A stretch of 64,000 nt of DNA, taken from contig JBGAWA010000003.1 in NCBI GenBank assembly GCA_044227805.1, positions 16,153-80,152 of the forward strand. The letters run 5' to 3'. Both the position numbers and the translations under genes were made by a program. This document shows, piece by piece, positions 38,175-48,698 of the stretch (its first letter is position 1; each line of letters starts with the position of its first letter). A model generated the notes under the pieces. That model did no database searches and was not told the origin of the DNA. It was given only the letters and a program-made list of their open reading frames with translations. The DNA comes from Chitinophagales bacterium. Its GTDB lineage: Bacteria > Bacteroidota > Bacteroidia > Chitinophagales > UBA10324.

Positions 38175-40100
38175 TTATCCTATGGTCGCTTCGTTTTTTA
38201 CCAGTTCAATGAATGAATCAATGGACAGTTGTCCTTTATCACCTTCGCCATGCCTTCTTACGCTCACCTTACTTTCCTGTTCTTCCTTGTCGCCGATGAT
38301 CAGCATGTAGGGAATCTTTTTCATCTCTGCATCTCTTATTTTTCTGCCGATCTTTTCACTTCGCACATCTGTTTCCAGCCGGATGTGTTGCTTTCTGAAG
38401 ATAGCTTCGAGTCTTTTTGCGTACGCAAGATGGCGGTCGCTGATGGGTAAAATGGCCACCTGCCTTGGCGCCAGCCAAACCGGAAAGTTGCCCGCATAAT
38501 GTTCAATTAAAAAACCGATAAACCGTTCATGAGTTCCCAGTGGTGCCCGGTGTATGACCAGTGGCGTTTCATCCTGGTTGTTCTTGTTTTTAAATGTCAA
38601 CCCGAAACGGAGTGGCTGCCCAAAATCAACCTGGTTAGTGGCCAGGGTAAATTCCCGGCCAATCACACTCCATATCTGCACATCAATCTTCGGCCCGTAG
38701 AAAGCCGCTTCATCGGGCACTTCTATATAAGGAATATTCGAATCAATCAGTACGCGACGCACCATGTCTTCGGTCTTTTTCCATAGCTCCGGCAGGTCCA
38801 GGTATTTCTGCCCGCGCTTGGCAGGATCGTGCGTTGAAAAACGCATTACATATTTTTCGATTCCGAAAATCCGGAAATACTTCAGGTACATCTCATTCAC
38901 GGCCCTGAATTCTTCTTCAAACTGCTCTTCTGTGCAATAAATATGAGCATCGTTCATGTTCAACGCCCGCACCCGCATGAGGCCAAAGAGTTCACCGGAT
39001 TGCTCATAACGGTAACAGGTGCCATATTCAGCGAGGCGAAGTGGAAGATCTTTATAACTTTTCGGCGAAGCCGAAAATATCTTATGATGATGTGGGCAGT
39101 TCATGGCTTTCAGGTAATACCTGCCGCCATCTAATTCCATGGGCGGAAACATCGATTCGGCATAATAAGGCAGATGGCCGCTGGTGAGATACATCGATTC
39201 TTTGGCAATGTGTGGTGATTTTACCCTGTAATAGCCGGCTTCTTCTTCCGTCTTTTTGGCAAGGCTTTCCAGCTGTTCAATAATTGCACCTCCATTGGGT
39301 AGCCAAAGAGCCAATCCCGGACCTACGTCGTCATCAAAAACGAAAATCTCCATCTCCTTACCGATTTTACGGTGATCACGTTTTTTTGCTTCTTCCAGTT
39401 GCTGGAGGTAATCATCCAGCTCTTTTTGTTTAGGAAAAGTGATACCATAAATCCTGGTGAGTTGTTTGTTTTTTTCATCTCCTTTCCAATAAGCTCCGGC
39501 AATGTTCATCAGCTTCGCGGCTTTGATGAACCCGGTATTCGGAATATGCGGGCCCCGGCATAAATCGGTGAAGTTGCCTTGCCGGTAGAAAGTGATTTCA
39601 CCATCATTCAGCTCGTGGATCGTTTCAATTTTATACTCATCACCCTTATCGGTAAAAAATTTCAATGCTTCTTCTTTAGGAACTTCAGACCGTATGTAGC
39701 TGCTGTTTTTCTCGGCCAGCTCCGCCATTTTAGTCTCTATCTTTTTCAGGTCGTCCACACCAATATCTCTTCCGCCCAAATCCACATCATAATAAAAACC
39801 ATTGTCAACCGGAGGGCCATAGCCGAACTTGATTCCCGGGTAGATGGATTCGAGCGCTTCAGCCATCAGATGGGCGGAAGAATGCCAGAAAGTTTCTTTG
39901 CCTTCGCGGTCGTCCCAGGTAAGGAGCACAAGCGTAGCATCTGTTTCAATCGGGCGAAAGGCATCCACTACTTTGCCGTTCACCTTTGCCGCTAATACTT
40001 TTCTTGCCAAACCTTCACTGATGGATTTGGCGACCTGGAGCGCATTGGTTCCATTTTCAAATTCACGGATGGAGCCGTCGGGGAAAGAGATGTTGATCAT
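38175..40100 (-). CDS. thrS: Threonine--tRNA ligase
   Basis: TGS domain at the N-terminus, second additional domain (HSSAHLMAEA), class II core (CRGPH, FRYEQSGE..GL.RVR) and an anticodon-binding domain. Confidence 0.95.
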   Translation of the reverse strand: MINISFPDGSIREFENGTNALQVAKSISEGLARKVLAAKVNGKVVDAFRPIETDATLVLLTWDDREGKETFWHSSAHLMAEALESIYPGIKFGYGPPVDNGFYYDVDLGGRDIGVDDLKKIETKMAELAEKNSSYIRSEVPKEEALKFFTDKGDEYKIETIHELNDGEITFYRQGNFTDLCRGPHIPNTGFIKAAKLMNIAGAYWKGDEKNKQLTRIYGITFPKQKELDDYLQQLEEAKKRDHRKIGKEMEIFVFDDDVGPGLALWLPNGGAIIEQLESLAKKTEEEAGYYRVKSPHIAKESMYLTSGHLPYYAESMFPPMELDGGRYYLKAMNCPHHHKIFSASPKSYKDLPLRLAEYGTCYRYEQSGELFGLMRVRALNMNDAHIYCTEEQFEEEFRAVNEMYLKYFRIFGIEKYVMRFSTHDPAKRGQKYLDLPELWKKTEDMVRRVLIDSNIPYIEVPDEAAFYGPKIDVQIWSVIGREFTLATNQVDFGQPLRFGLTFKNKNNQDETPLVIHRAPLGTHERFIGFLIEHYAGNFPVWLAPRQVAILPISDRHLAYAKRLEAIFRKQHIRLETDVRSEKIGRKIRDAEMKKIPYMLIIGDKEEQESKVSVRRHGEGDKGQLSIDSFIELVKNEATIG

Positions 40101-40169
40101 AGATGTTTGGAAGTAAGCTTCAGCAACTGAGTTGGCTGCATGCCATGCTCAATCAGGCTGAAGCGTTCC

Positions 40170-41201
40170 TCACTTGGATGATTGCGTTAACGAATTCAAT
40201 TCTTTTTGTGCCGGTTCATAGCCGGGCCTCAAAGTTAATGACTGGCGGAAATCCGCAATAGCCTGATCGGCATTTCCTTTTTCTCGGGAGCACAGTCCAC
40301 GATAGTAATAGGCTTCCGCATAGGCAGGTTTCACCTTAATGGCAAAATCAAACATGCGGTAGGCTTTGTCAATGGAGTCCTGCAGGATATAAATGTAGCC
40401 CAGATTGAAATATGCCGATTCAAATTGGGCATTCACGCTTATCAGTGACTGGTAGGTTGCCTTTGCTTTTTCATTCTCTCCATGCTCCTGGTAGTACATG
40501 GCCTTTGCATAGTAAGCTTCTGCGAGGGTGCTGTCTATGCGGATGGCGTTGTCAAAGTATTGCGGCGCGGGAGATGAATTATTTTTCCCGGTTAGTAGTC
40601 CAAGTTGCATGTACCCATCATAAAAATCGGGCTTGGCCTGCACTGATTTCTGAAAAGAGGTGATGGCACGTGTAGTATCTCCCATCTCCTTAAAATTGAG
40701 TCCGCGTATAAACCAGGTCTCGAAATTGTCTTTGTCGAGTTCCTGCACCCGTGCAAGATGCTCCATAGAGGCTTTGTAATCCTTTTTATAAAAGTAAACC
40801 TTGCTGAGTTTAATAAGGGCTTCTTCATTTTCGGGGTCATTGCGCAGGATCTGCTTAAAGGCATCAATCGCACCATCGGCAGACCCGCCTTTCAGATAGA
40901 TATCCGCTATCGCGAAAAAATATTTTGCATTGGCGGAGTCAAGTGATATGGCAGCGGACATATCGCGGAAAGCAGCGCTGATATTTCCAAGTTGTAAAAA
41001 GACATTACTCCTCAGGAAACGCAATTCGGCGTCTTTCGGGGCAGCATTAATTTTCACGGTGAGCGCCCGTATCTGCGGGTCTGTAGTGTCTTTGCCGGCC
41101 AGGGAATCGATGGTTTCTTTTTGCACGGCATCGTTTGAATGTATGCAGGAAAATTCAATGAAGATAAAAAGACATAACAGCGCCGTTACAATTGGCTTCA
41201 T
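40170..41201 (-). CDS. TPR-repeat lipoprotein
   Basis: Lipobox (IEFSC). Multiple 34-aa TPR repeats (A..YF..G..Y...G....A...F..A...). Confidence 0.8.
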   Translation of the reverse strand: MKPIVTALLCLFIFIEFSCIHSNDAVQKETIDSLAGKDTTDPQIRALTVKINAAPKDAELRFLRSNVFLQLGNISAAFRDMSAAISLDSANAKYFFAIADIYLKGGSADGAIDAFKQILRNDPENEEALIKLSKVYFYKKDYKASMEHLARVQELDKDNFETWFIRGLNFKEMGDTTRAITSFQKSVQAKPDFYDGYMQLGLLTGKNNSSPAPQYFDNAIRIDSTLAEAYYAKAMYYQEHGENEKAKATYQSLISVNAQFESAYFNLGYIYILQDSIDKAYRMFDFAIKVKPAYAEAYYYRGLCSREKGNADQAIADFRQSLTLRPGYEPAQKELNSLTQSSK

Positions 41202-41259
41202 GTGATTAAATAATTTATGCAGACAGAAGATGGGTTTGACAGGAGAGGGTTGTTACGCA

Positions 41260-41553
41260 TCAGTTAAAAACCATCTTTGGCATGAGTCCAAGCGCATTAT
41301 CAAAAATGAAAAGCTGATCGATATCGTAGGTATAATAACTACTTATGGGAAAAGACTCGATGATGTTGATTGCTTCGGCTTCGTCTTTGGCATTCAGGGT
41401 GATCCATCCCTTGGTTCGTTCCATATTCACACCATATGTTTCAATTACTTCTTTGAGCATTAAATCATTTACCATTTCACGGTGCTCCGGAATCAGTTTC
41501 CAGAAATTTTCATCCAGTTCGAGCAGGTAGAAGGTGATCAGGTATTTGTTCAT
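41260..41553 (-). CDS. Hypothetical 97-aa protein (possible muconolactone-isomerase-like alpha+beta fold)
   Basis: Clean ORF with an ATG start. The family assignment is only a weak impression. Confidence 0.5.
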   Translation of the reverse strand: MNKYLITFYLLELDENFWKLIPEHREMVNDLMLKEVIETYGVNMERTKGWITLNAKDEAEAINIIESFPISSYYTYDIDQLFIFDNALGLMPKMVFN

Positions 41554-41633
41554 TCAAGGGTGCTTCGTGCAAATATATTTCAGATAATTGTGTTTAGGAA
41601 AAAATAAACACCACTCTCGCCCACCTAATTTAT

Positions 41634-41653
41634 CCCTGATTTTTGAATCGGGT
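41634..41653. repeat. Degenerate solo hairpin related to the repeat family
   Basis: CCCTGATTtttgAATCGGGTT lies 3' of the Arc-like gene. Confidence 0.35.
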
Positions 41654-41702
41654 TATCCGGTGTTATGGAAAATGGTAAAGTCCATTCAGCACAGAAAAGG
41701 AA

Positions 41703-41876
41703 TTATTTCTTCTGGGCAGTCTTATTCTTGCTCCGCCCGCTATCCGACAATGCCTTTTGCAGCAAATATTCAATTTGCCCGTTAACACTTCGGAATTCAT
41801 CGGCCGCCCACTTTTCCAGTTCTTTGAGCGTCTCCGGATTGATCCTCAATACAAAAGCTTTTTTATCGGCAGGCAT
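41703..41876 (-). CDS. Arc/MetJ-type ribbon-helix-helix DNA-binding protein (57 aa, below the ORF-track cutoff)
   Basis: Hand translation: MPADKKAFVLRINPETLKELEKWAADEFRSVNGQIEYLLQKALSDSGRSKNKTAQKK. The beta-strand/helix/helix pattern and the R.VN..IE.LL motif are typical of Arc-family RHH proteins. Confidence 0.7.
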   Translation of the reverse strand: MPADKKAFVLRINPETLKELEKWAADEFRSVNGQIEYLLQKALSDSGRSKNKTAQKK

Positions 41877-41933
41877 ATTCGTTTAGTAATTCTGAGAAGG
41901 ATGTGGCGTTAAAATGAACTGAACTTCAATGGA

Positions 41934-41967
41934 TCCCTTTATTTTTTCAATCTGAAAAATGCGGGTT
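41934..41967. repeat. Degenerate hairpin member of the repeat family
   Basis: ccctttattttttcaatcTGAAAAATGCGGGTT. The right arm matches the CCCGCATTTT tip in reverse complement. It lies 3' of the SPFH gene. Confidence 0.4.
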
Positions 41968-42001
41968 GAAATTCAGTTCATGATCTGTGATAACAGCCGG
42001 G

Positions 42002-42856
42002 CTAAGCATACAGCGTGCCCGTGTTCAGCACAGGGCTTACATTTTTGTCGCCGCACAACACCACCAGTAGGTTACTGACCATGGCCGCTTTTCTTTCTTC
42101 ATCGAGATGTACTATTTCTTTTTCAGAAAGCCGTGCCAATGCCATTTCCACCATGCCAACGGCGCCTTCCACAATTAACTTGCGGGCAGAAACAACGGCA
42201 GATGCTTGTTGCCGTTGTAACATGGCACCGGCAATTTCAGGGGCATACGCGAGATGACTGATACGTGCTTCGCTCACAATAATGCCTGCCTGCGACAGCC
42301 GTTCATTCAATTCATTCACCAGCATTTCATTCACTTTGTCGCCGCCGCCACGCAGGGTAACCACGGCACTTTCGTCTTCAGAGAAGTCATACGGACAAGT
42401 GCCCGCCAGGTGACGAACAGCCGCTTCACTCTGTATGGCAACAAACTGTTCGTAGTTGTTCACTTCATACAACGCTTTAGCGGTGTCCACTACATTCCAG
42501 ACTATCACGGCACCGATCTCAATCGGGTTGCCGATCTTGTCGTTCACTTTAAGTGGCTGGCCATTCAGGTTGCGTGCCCGAAGCGAAACATGCTGACGGG
42601 CGAAAAATGGGTTGGCCCAAAGCAAGCCATTTTGTTTGGTGGTGCCGGAGTACTTGCCAAAGAGCGTGAGTGCTTTTGCATCATTCGGGTTGACGATAAA
42701 TATCCCTTTAAGAATGAAAACAAAGGCAAGAATAAATGGGATGGCCGGTACTGGCATTTCTTTGATCAACAGAAAGATCAATGCAGCAAGGCAAACTGAC
42801 GCAACGCCTATCATCAGGAATCCTGATATGGCGGTAAAATTTTTTTCCTGTATCAT
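42002..42856 (-). CDS. SPFH/band-7 (stomatin/slipin-like) membrane protein
   Basis: N-terminal TM helices followed by a band-7 domain ([24 protein letters not shown]...AEA..R). Confidence 0.8.
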   Translation of the reverse strand: MIQEKNFTAISGFLMIGVASVCLAALIFLLIKEMPVPAIPFILAFVFILKGIFIVNPNDAKALTLFGKYSGTTKQNGLLWANPFFARQHVSLRARNLNGQPLKVNDKIGNPIEIGAVIVWNVVDTAKALYEVNNYEQFVAIQSEAAVRHLAGTCPYDFSEDESAVVTLRGGGDKVNEMLVNELNERLSQAGIIVSEARISHLAYAPEIAGAMLQRQQASAVVSARKLIVEGAVGMVEMALARLSEKEIVHLDEERKAAMVSNLLVVLCGDKNVSPVLNTGTLYA

Positions 42857-43156
42857 TTTTTGTGGTTGATATTAAATTGATATCACAAAGATAGCACATA
42901 AAAATATTCCTGTGCAAGCTTTTTTGAAATTTTATTTAGGATGAGGGCTCTTGCTGCAAGATGTGAGCGTGAAAGTGAAATAGGTTCTGTCATTCATAAT
43001 TTCAATTGGCAGTGCAGGTCTTACACATGATCACCAGTGGTTGCGGATGGCAAAATGTTTATCTTGATGAGTAAGTGATTCGCAACAGGTAATTGCTTCC
43101 TTTCTTATCACTACCGTTTTCTAATAGGACCTTAGCGGTAAGTTTGAATATCGGTG

Positions 43157-43310
43157 AATCCCGCATTTTGCAAAACAATGCAACGTGATTTTTAACGGTG
43201 CAGCCATGCACAAGAGTTAAGAAACATTTTCTTTGTCTAACGAAATGAACCACCACCTGTAAATGCTCAGCGGAAGCGTTACCGGAGTGTTTAATCAATA
43301 AATCAGGGTT
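43157..43310 (+). repeat. Diverged long copy E of the repeat family
   Basis: Shares aatcccgcattttgca, gcaacg, gaaacattttcttt, agcggaagcg and the terminal aaatcagggtt with copy A, in the same order and over the same total length. Confidence 0.6.
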
Positions 43311-43319
43311 ACTGATAGC

Positions 43320-43955
43320 ATGCTGTTGCTCACCAAGGATTTGTGGTTTCCCGACCCGCACCTGGCGGATGAAGATGGCCTGCTCGCCATAGGAGGCGAT
43401 CTCTCCACCGCACGTTTATTGCTGGCATACGAAAGCGGCATATTCCCCTGGTTTATGCACGAAGGAATGATCTTTTGGTTTTGTCCTCCTGAGCGTATGG
43501 TCTTATTTCCGGATGAATTGCATATCAGCAAAAGCATGCAACAGTTACTTCGCTCAGACAGGTTTCACATAACAACCAATCAGGCATTTGGCAGGGTTAT
43601 TCAATTATGTGCACAGGTACATGAGCGGCAGCAATCCGCTACCTGGATCAATGATGACTACATCCATGCTAACAACAGGTTACATGAAATGGGCCATGCT
43701 GTATCCATAGAGTGCTGGCAGCAGCAACAGCTGGCTGGCGGCTTATATGGCATTGCCGTTGGAAAGGTATTTTGTGGTGAAAGTATGTTCGCGCTGCAAC
43801 CCAACGCTTCAAAAGCGGCATTGATTGAACTTTGCAAGAGCGGGAAATATAAGGTGATTGACTGCCAGGTGGAAACCAATCACCTGGCCAGCATGGGGGC
43901 AAGAAAGATCAGCCGTGCTGCTTATTTAAAATTGTTGAATCAGGCACACGTCTAA
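43320..43955 (+). CDS. aat: Leucyl/phenylalanyl-tRNA--protein transferase
   Basis: The motifs LLLAYESGIFPWF, W..P..R and GESMF are characteristic of Aat. Confidence 0.9.
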   Translation: MLLLTKDLWFPDPHLADEDGLLAIGGDLSTARLLLAYESGIFPWFMHEGMIFWFCPPERMVLFPDELHISKSMQQLLRSDRFHITTNQAFGRVIQLCAQVHERQQSATWINDDYIHANNRLHEMGHAVSIECWQQQQLAGGLYGIAVGKVFCGESMFALQPNASKAALIELCKSGKYKVIDCQVETNHLASMGARKISRAAYLKLLNQAHV

Positions 43956-44710
43956 AACCGCAACGACAAACAGGTGAGCCCGCCATCCATTTTTTCAAAT
44001 TCCGACATTTCCAGTTCCCTGGGATTAAAACCTGCAAGCCGGAGCGCAGCGCTCACCTTGCCAAAACCTGCAGGCATCATCAACTGTCCGTTGATCGAAA
44101 GGCAATTGGCGGCATATAAATCTTGCTGTTCCACTACGATCACCTTGAAATTGCTGAATGTTTCCAGCACAGCCATTTCAGCAGCAGCCAGCAGGTAGTT
44201 GTTGCCGATATAGTTCACCAATGTTTTTAAATGCAGCGCTGTGGTCACCGGGACATGCGTACTGGAATATCCATATTGACTAAGCAATGCACTAAGTTGA
44301 CGGGCGCCTTCCTCATTGGTTCGTGCAGTGAGCCCGATATAGAAATGGCGGTCCACCTGCAGCACATCACCGCCTTCGAGGGTGCCCGGCGATTGAATAA
44401 ATTCAAGCTTCCGGAAGCGTTGCAAAACCTGCTGCATAGATAGTATTTCCTCCTTTCGTGATGGCGCGCCCGGATGGGTAATGATGGCAGCTTCGGGAAT
44501 AATCACTGCGGTGTCTTCAACAAAACAACTGTCGGGAAACGATTCATCAGCATCCAGTACGGTTACCTCCAGGCCTGCCTCAATCAAAGCTTGTACGTAC
44601 AACCGATGCTGTATCCAGGTGAGTTGGATATCGGGTTTTCCAAGATGGGCAGTTGTAATACCGTTTACATAGTTCAGGCAAGGTCTGCGGGTGATGGCAT
44701 ATTTAAGCAT
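43952..44710 (-). CDS. Dimethylarginine dimethylaminohydrolase / amidinotransferase-family protein
   Basis: 252 aa. FVEDTAVI motif and a C-terminal catalytic Cys context (MDGGLTCLSLRF). Confidence 0.75.
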   Translation of the reverse strand: MLKYAITRRPCLNYVNGITTAHLGKPDIQLTWIQHRLYVQALIEAGLEVTVLDADESFPDSCFVEDTAVIIPEAAIITHPGAPSRKEEILSMQQVLQRFRKLEFIQSPGTLEGGDVLQVDRHFYIGLTARTNEEGARQLSALLSQYGYSSTHVPVTTALHLKTLVNYIGNNYLLAAAEMAVLETFSNFKVIVVEQQDLYAANCLSINGQLMMPAGFGKVSAALRLAGFNPRELEMSEFEKMDGGLTCLSLRF

Positions 44711-45083
44711 GGTGGAAAGATAATTTGAAACGCGAATATTATGAATTCATTTACAGCCATAAGAACGCTGCCTGTTCATTCATCCTTCATACACTTCCAG
44801 CTAAAAGCAGCCTTGTATGTTGAGCGTATAGCAAAAATTATTGCTCCAATAAGCCGGGAAACAATTGCGCCAAAACCTGTATCAGGCTCATTAAAAATTA
44901 AGTTAAACCGGTAAAGCAAAAGCACAGTAGTTGGATATTGCTTTATATTTGCCCGGATACCCTGATGTTGTAAGAAACATAATGCATCCTGCACCGTAAC
45001 AGACAGCCGGCCTGATCGAATGGCATCCGTTCAATTTTCAAAAAGATAAATTTCTCAATACCTTATCACTTAAATTGATTTGC

Positions 45084-47882
45084 ATGTTGAATTCTTTTAC
45101 TCCTTATCTCCACTGCTTCATCCATCACCGCACGCAGCGCATTGGCAATTACCTTAAATCGCTGCCGGTGTTTTGTGCTGTGTTTCTACTGTCTGTTTCT
45201 ACCCTTCCGGGTCAAAATGTGCCGGTAAAGGAATGGGATAAAAGTTTTGGCGGCACCAAGACCGATGAAATGTACACCATCCTACAAACCAATGATGGCG
45301 GGTACCTGCTTGGCGGTGATTCAGATTCACCCGTGAGCGGACAAAAATCACAAGGCAGCCAGGGTTACAGTGATTACTGGATTGTGAAGACGGATGCACT
45401 TGGCAACAAGCAATGGGACAAGCGTTTTGGCGGTAATTCAAAAGAAGAATTATTCACTGTTCTGCAAATGCCTGACAGCGGTTACCTGCTGGGAGGATGG
45501 TCGATGTCGAATGTAAATGGTGATCAGACTCAAACCAGCCGGGGCGGCAGCGATTACTGGATCATCAGGACAGATAAGAGTGGAAATAAACTCTGGGATA
45601 AACGGTATGGCGGACCCGGTGATGATGAGTTGCGTTCCATGACAACCACCGCCGATGGAGGATTCATTTTCGCAGGCGAATCAACATCCGGTATTGGCGG
45701 AGAAAAATCACAGAGTAACCACGGTGAGTTTGATGTGTGGGTGGTGAAAACGGATGTTAACGGAAACATGCAATGGAATGCATCCTATGGCGGACAACTG
45801 GATGACCGCCTGAATGCCATTCAGCAAACCGCTGATGGCGGATATATCATCGGTGCCTGGACAATTTCCCCTGTTGGCTTTGATGTTACCCAACCCGGAA
45901 GAGGATCGTCAGACATGTGGCTGATCAAGACCGATGGCAATGGTGTGAAACAGTGGGATGGCCGCTATGGTGGTAATGACAATGAGTATTTATATGCGCT
46001 TGATCAGACGAATGATGGCGGTTTTATACTGGCAGGATATACACGCTCTAATGTTAATGGTGAAGTTTCCGTTCCCGGGAAAGGCGGCTTTGATTTTTGG
46101 ATCGTGAAAACAAATGGCAATGGTGTTAAACTGTGGGATAAACGATATGGTGGACATCTTGATGAAAAAGGAAAATCCATATTCCAAACCAGTGACGGTG
46201 GGTTTATTATGGGAGGATGGTCTGAATCTTTGATCAGCGGTGACAAGTCGGAGGATACCCAGGGAGCAACTGATTATTGGCTGGTGAGAATGGATGATAG
46301 CGGAAATAAACTTTGGGATCTTGATTTTGGCGCATCCAATGAAGAACGGCTCCATGATGTTCCGCAAACCAGTGATGGTGGATTTATTATTGGTGGCCAT
46401 TCATATTCCGGAAAGAACGGCGATAAGTCTCAGGCTAATAATGGTATTGATGATTACTGGATAGTAAAACTTTCCGCAGGAGCCAACAACGAAATCTTTT
46501 ATGCTGATGCCGACAGTGATGGCTTTGGTGATGCAGCAGTGGACACTTTCGCATTGACAGCGCCGCAGGGTTATACTACTAACAACACCGATTGTAATGA
46601 TGCTAATGCCGCCATCAATCCCAATGCTCCCGAAATATGCAATGCCGGCATTGATGATAATTGCAATGGATTGGATGATGACGGAGATCCTGCGGTAACA
46701 GGACAAGCCAGTTATTATACCGACAATGATCTTGATTTTTATGGAACCGGCGCTGAAATACATGCCTGTATCCAGCCTCCAGGCACTGCTTTACTGGATA
46801 AAGATTGTAACGATAACGACTCATCCATTCATCCTGGTGCAGGTGAAATTTGTAATGCCAATGTGGACGATAACTGCGATGGACTGGCTGACGATGCTGA
46901 TCCGGCTGTTACAGGTCAGGGAACCTATTATACTGATAATGATCTTGACACCTATGGGACGGGTCTTGCAATCATAGCCTGTATTCAACCCGCATCTTCA
47001 TCATTGTCTGCAGGGGATTGTGATGACAGCAATGCGTCGGTGAACCCTGGCGCATATGATCAGTGCAACGGTATCGATGACAACTGCAATTTTATCACCG
47101 ATGAAAATCCGTTGCCCATTCCCGTTGTAACTCCTTCAGGAACTGTCATTGCCTGCACCGGAGCTAATGTTTTGCTCACCACAACCTTCGATCCTGCTTT
47201 AAGTTATCAGTGGTACAAAGCCAATACCTTGCAGACAGGAGCAACAAATAACACCTATTCTACAACTAAAGCCGGCAGCTTCCTCGTGAAAGTGAGTACC
47301 GCTCCCGGCTGCCAGGCTACATCGGCAACCACGGTCATCAGTCGTATTGATAAGCCGCTTGCGGAAATTACTCCACTGGGTAATCTTGATATTTGCGGAA
47401 CAGGGTCGGTTGACCTGCAGGCTAATCTCGGCGCATCGCTTCAGTACCAATGGAAAAAAGGCAGCAGTTTACTCGCCGGCGCCACCAATAGTATTTACAC
47501 GGCCACCTCCAAGGGCAGTTATCGCGTGGTCGTTACTAATGAAGGAGGCTGTGTTAAAACATCCACGATCACCACCGTGACTACATCCTGTAAGGAATCC
47601 GTATGGAATGATAATATTGATAAAGGAATGCTCTCCATCTATCCTAATCCTGCCAGCAGCCACCTGGTGATAGATGCCAGGTTCGGACAATTGAATGCGG
47701 AGGAAGCAACCGTTGAACTGACTGACATGACGGGCCGCAAGGTGCAGTCGGAAAGGGTGATGGCAGCAGACGGCAAGCTGCAATTTGATCTTATGTTCAA
47801 CTCCAACATCCTGCCGGGCACTTACTTCTTAAAGGTTCAGTTGACGGATGAATTGCTCGTGAAGATGGTGGTAGTGCAATAG
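45084..47882 (+). CDS. Mosaic T9SS-sorted surface protein: about 8 propeller-like repeats, three MopE-type Cys-rich metal-binding repeats, Ig-like domains and a CTD
   Basis: Eight ~57-aa repeats (DGGY..GG.S.S...G.KS....G..DYWIVKTD..GNK.WDKR.GG). Three repeats of DCND....I.P.A.E.CN..DDNC.G..DD. CTD (IYPNPASSHL...GTYFLKV). Confidence 0.8.
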   Translation: MLNSFTPYLHCFIHHRTQRIGNYLKSLPVFCAVFLLSVSTLPGQNVPVKEWDKSFGGTKTDEMYTILQTNDGGYLLGGDSDSPVSGQKSQGSQGYSDYWIVKTDALGNKQWDKRFGGNSKEELFTVLQMPDSGYLLGGWSMSNVNGDQTQTSRGGSDYWIIRTDKSGNKLWDKRYGGPGDDELRSMTTTADGGFIFAGESTSGIGGEKSQSNHGEFDVWVVKTDVNGNMQWNASYGGQLDDRLNAIQQTADGGYIIGAWTISPVGFDVTQPGRGSSDMWLIKTDGNGVKQWDGRYGGNDNEYLYALDQTNDGGFILAGYTRSNVNGEVSVPGKGGFDFWIVKTNGNGVKLWDKRYGGHLDEKGKSIFQTSDGGFIMGGWSESLISGDKSEDTQGATDYWLVRMDDSGNKLWDLDFGASNEERLHDVPQTSDGGFIIGGHSYSGKNGDKSQANNGIDDYWIVKLSAGANNEIFYADADSDGFGDAAVDTFALTAPQGYTTNNTDCNDANAAINPNAPEICNAGIDDNCNGLDDDGDPAVTGQASYYTDNDLDFYGTGAEIHACIQPPGTALLDKDCNDNDSSIHPGAGEICNANVDDNCDGLADDADPAVTGQGTYYTDNDLDTYGTGLAIIACIQPASSSLSAGDCDDSNASVNPGAYDQCNGIDDNCNFITDENPLPIPVVTPSGTVIACTGANVLLTTTFDPALSYQWYKANTLQTGATNNTYSTTKAGSFLVKVSTAPGCQATSATTVISRIDKPLAEITPLGNLDICGTGSVDLQANLGASLQYQWKKGSSLLAGATNSIYTATSKGSYRVVVTNEGGCVKTSTITTVTTSCKESVWNDNIDKGMLSIYPNPASSHLVIDARFGQLNAEEATVELTDMTGRKVQSERVMAADGKLQFDLMFNSNILPGTYFLKVQLTDELLVKMVVVQ

Positions 47883-47917
47883 TGAATCATTTGTTACACG
47901 AAATCCTTGGTGCATCA

Positions 47918-48436
47918 TCACCGCAATTCGTCTCTCTCTTTTTTCACGGAGCGCATCATTTCTGAAAAGCTTTGTTTACGTACAAATGCATTGATAGCCT
48001 GTGCAATGCGTTTCGCTTTTGTGGGTGCCGTCCTGGCTTCTTCCACCCATTTAGAATAGTAGTTGCGGTGTGACGGAGGCAAAGTGTTGAAGTAAGACAA
48101 TGCATCCGGTTCATCAGCGAGACAGCTTAGAAGGGCGGGCGAAAGGCGCAATGGTTTTGCATCTTCTTCTAATTGCACCTTCAGTTGCTCCCCTTTGCGA
48201 ACGCCCAATTGTTTACGGAGCGTGCTGTTTAATGGAAGAATAAAATCACCGTTGCCCATCGGCAACAATGCTTTTTGTTTGATGGCTTGTCCATTCAATT
48301 GCCCTTTTACACGGAAGGATTTCTTATTACCGGCTTTGATTTTATCAGCCACTACGGTGGGGATAACTATATAAGTCCAGCCGGTTTTTTCGCCCTGCTG
48401 ATCAAACTTTAATATGATGGCATTGAATTGAATCAT
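47918..48436 (-). CDS. DUF1905 / YdeI-OmpD-associated family protein
   Basis: N-terminal beta-barrel-like sequence (GWTYIVIP...FRVKG) and a C-terminal YdeI-like region (PPSHRNYYSKWVEEAR...TKAKRI). Confidence 0.6.
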   Translation of the reverse strand: MIQFNAIILKFDQQGEKTGWTYIVIPTVVADKIKAGNKKSFRVKGQLNGQAIKQKALLPMGNGDFILPLNSTLRKQLGVRKGEQLKVQLEEDAKPLRLSPALLSCLADEPDALSYFNTLPPSHRNYYSKWVEEARTAPTKAKRIAQAINAFVRKQSFSEMMRSVKKERDELR

Positions 48437-48698
48437 AAGCTGAAGCAGTTGTAAATTTTAGCATTTGATGTGAATCAAGCAAGTGGTAGTGAGGCGCTTT
48501 TTTTCAATTGAAATATCCGGGGTGAAGGACCGAGGTGACAAAATGAATGAGTTGCCGGCCAGCTTCAAACCGTATCAGCCACATTTGCAAGCATTGCGGT
48601 CACTAACTTGTACCCTTTTATGATGAAAAAAACAACCGATCAATGCAACATAGACACAACATAATTTATTATTTTGTGATGTAATAAATTTTTAGATC

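Noticed and set aside
41260-41876. Arc-RHH plus the downstream 97-aa ORF as a toxin-antitoxin pair.
   Set aside because: There is a 150-bp gap containing a hairpin between them. The 97-aa protein has no toxin-like motif that I recognise.
43059-43361. 100-aa minus-strand ORF covering repeat copy E and overlapping the aat start.
   Set aside because: It lies on a repeat element and overlaps aat. It has no start context and no motif.
44776-44994. 72-aa ORF in the 360-bp spacer before the 935-aa surface-protein gene.
   Set aside because: It has no recognisable features and the spacer is more likely a promoter or leader region. Coding cannot be excluded without expression data.
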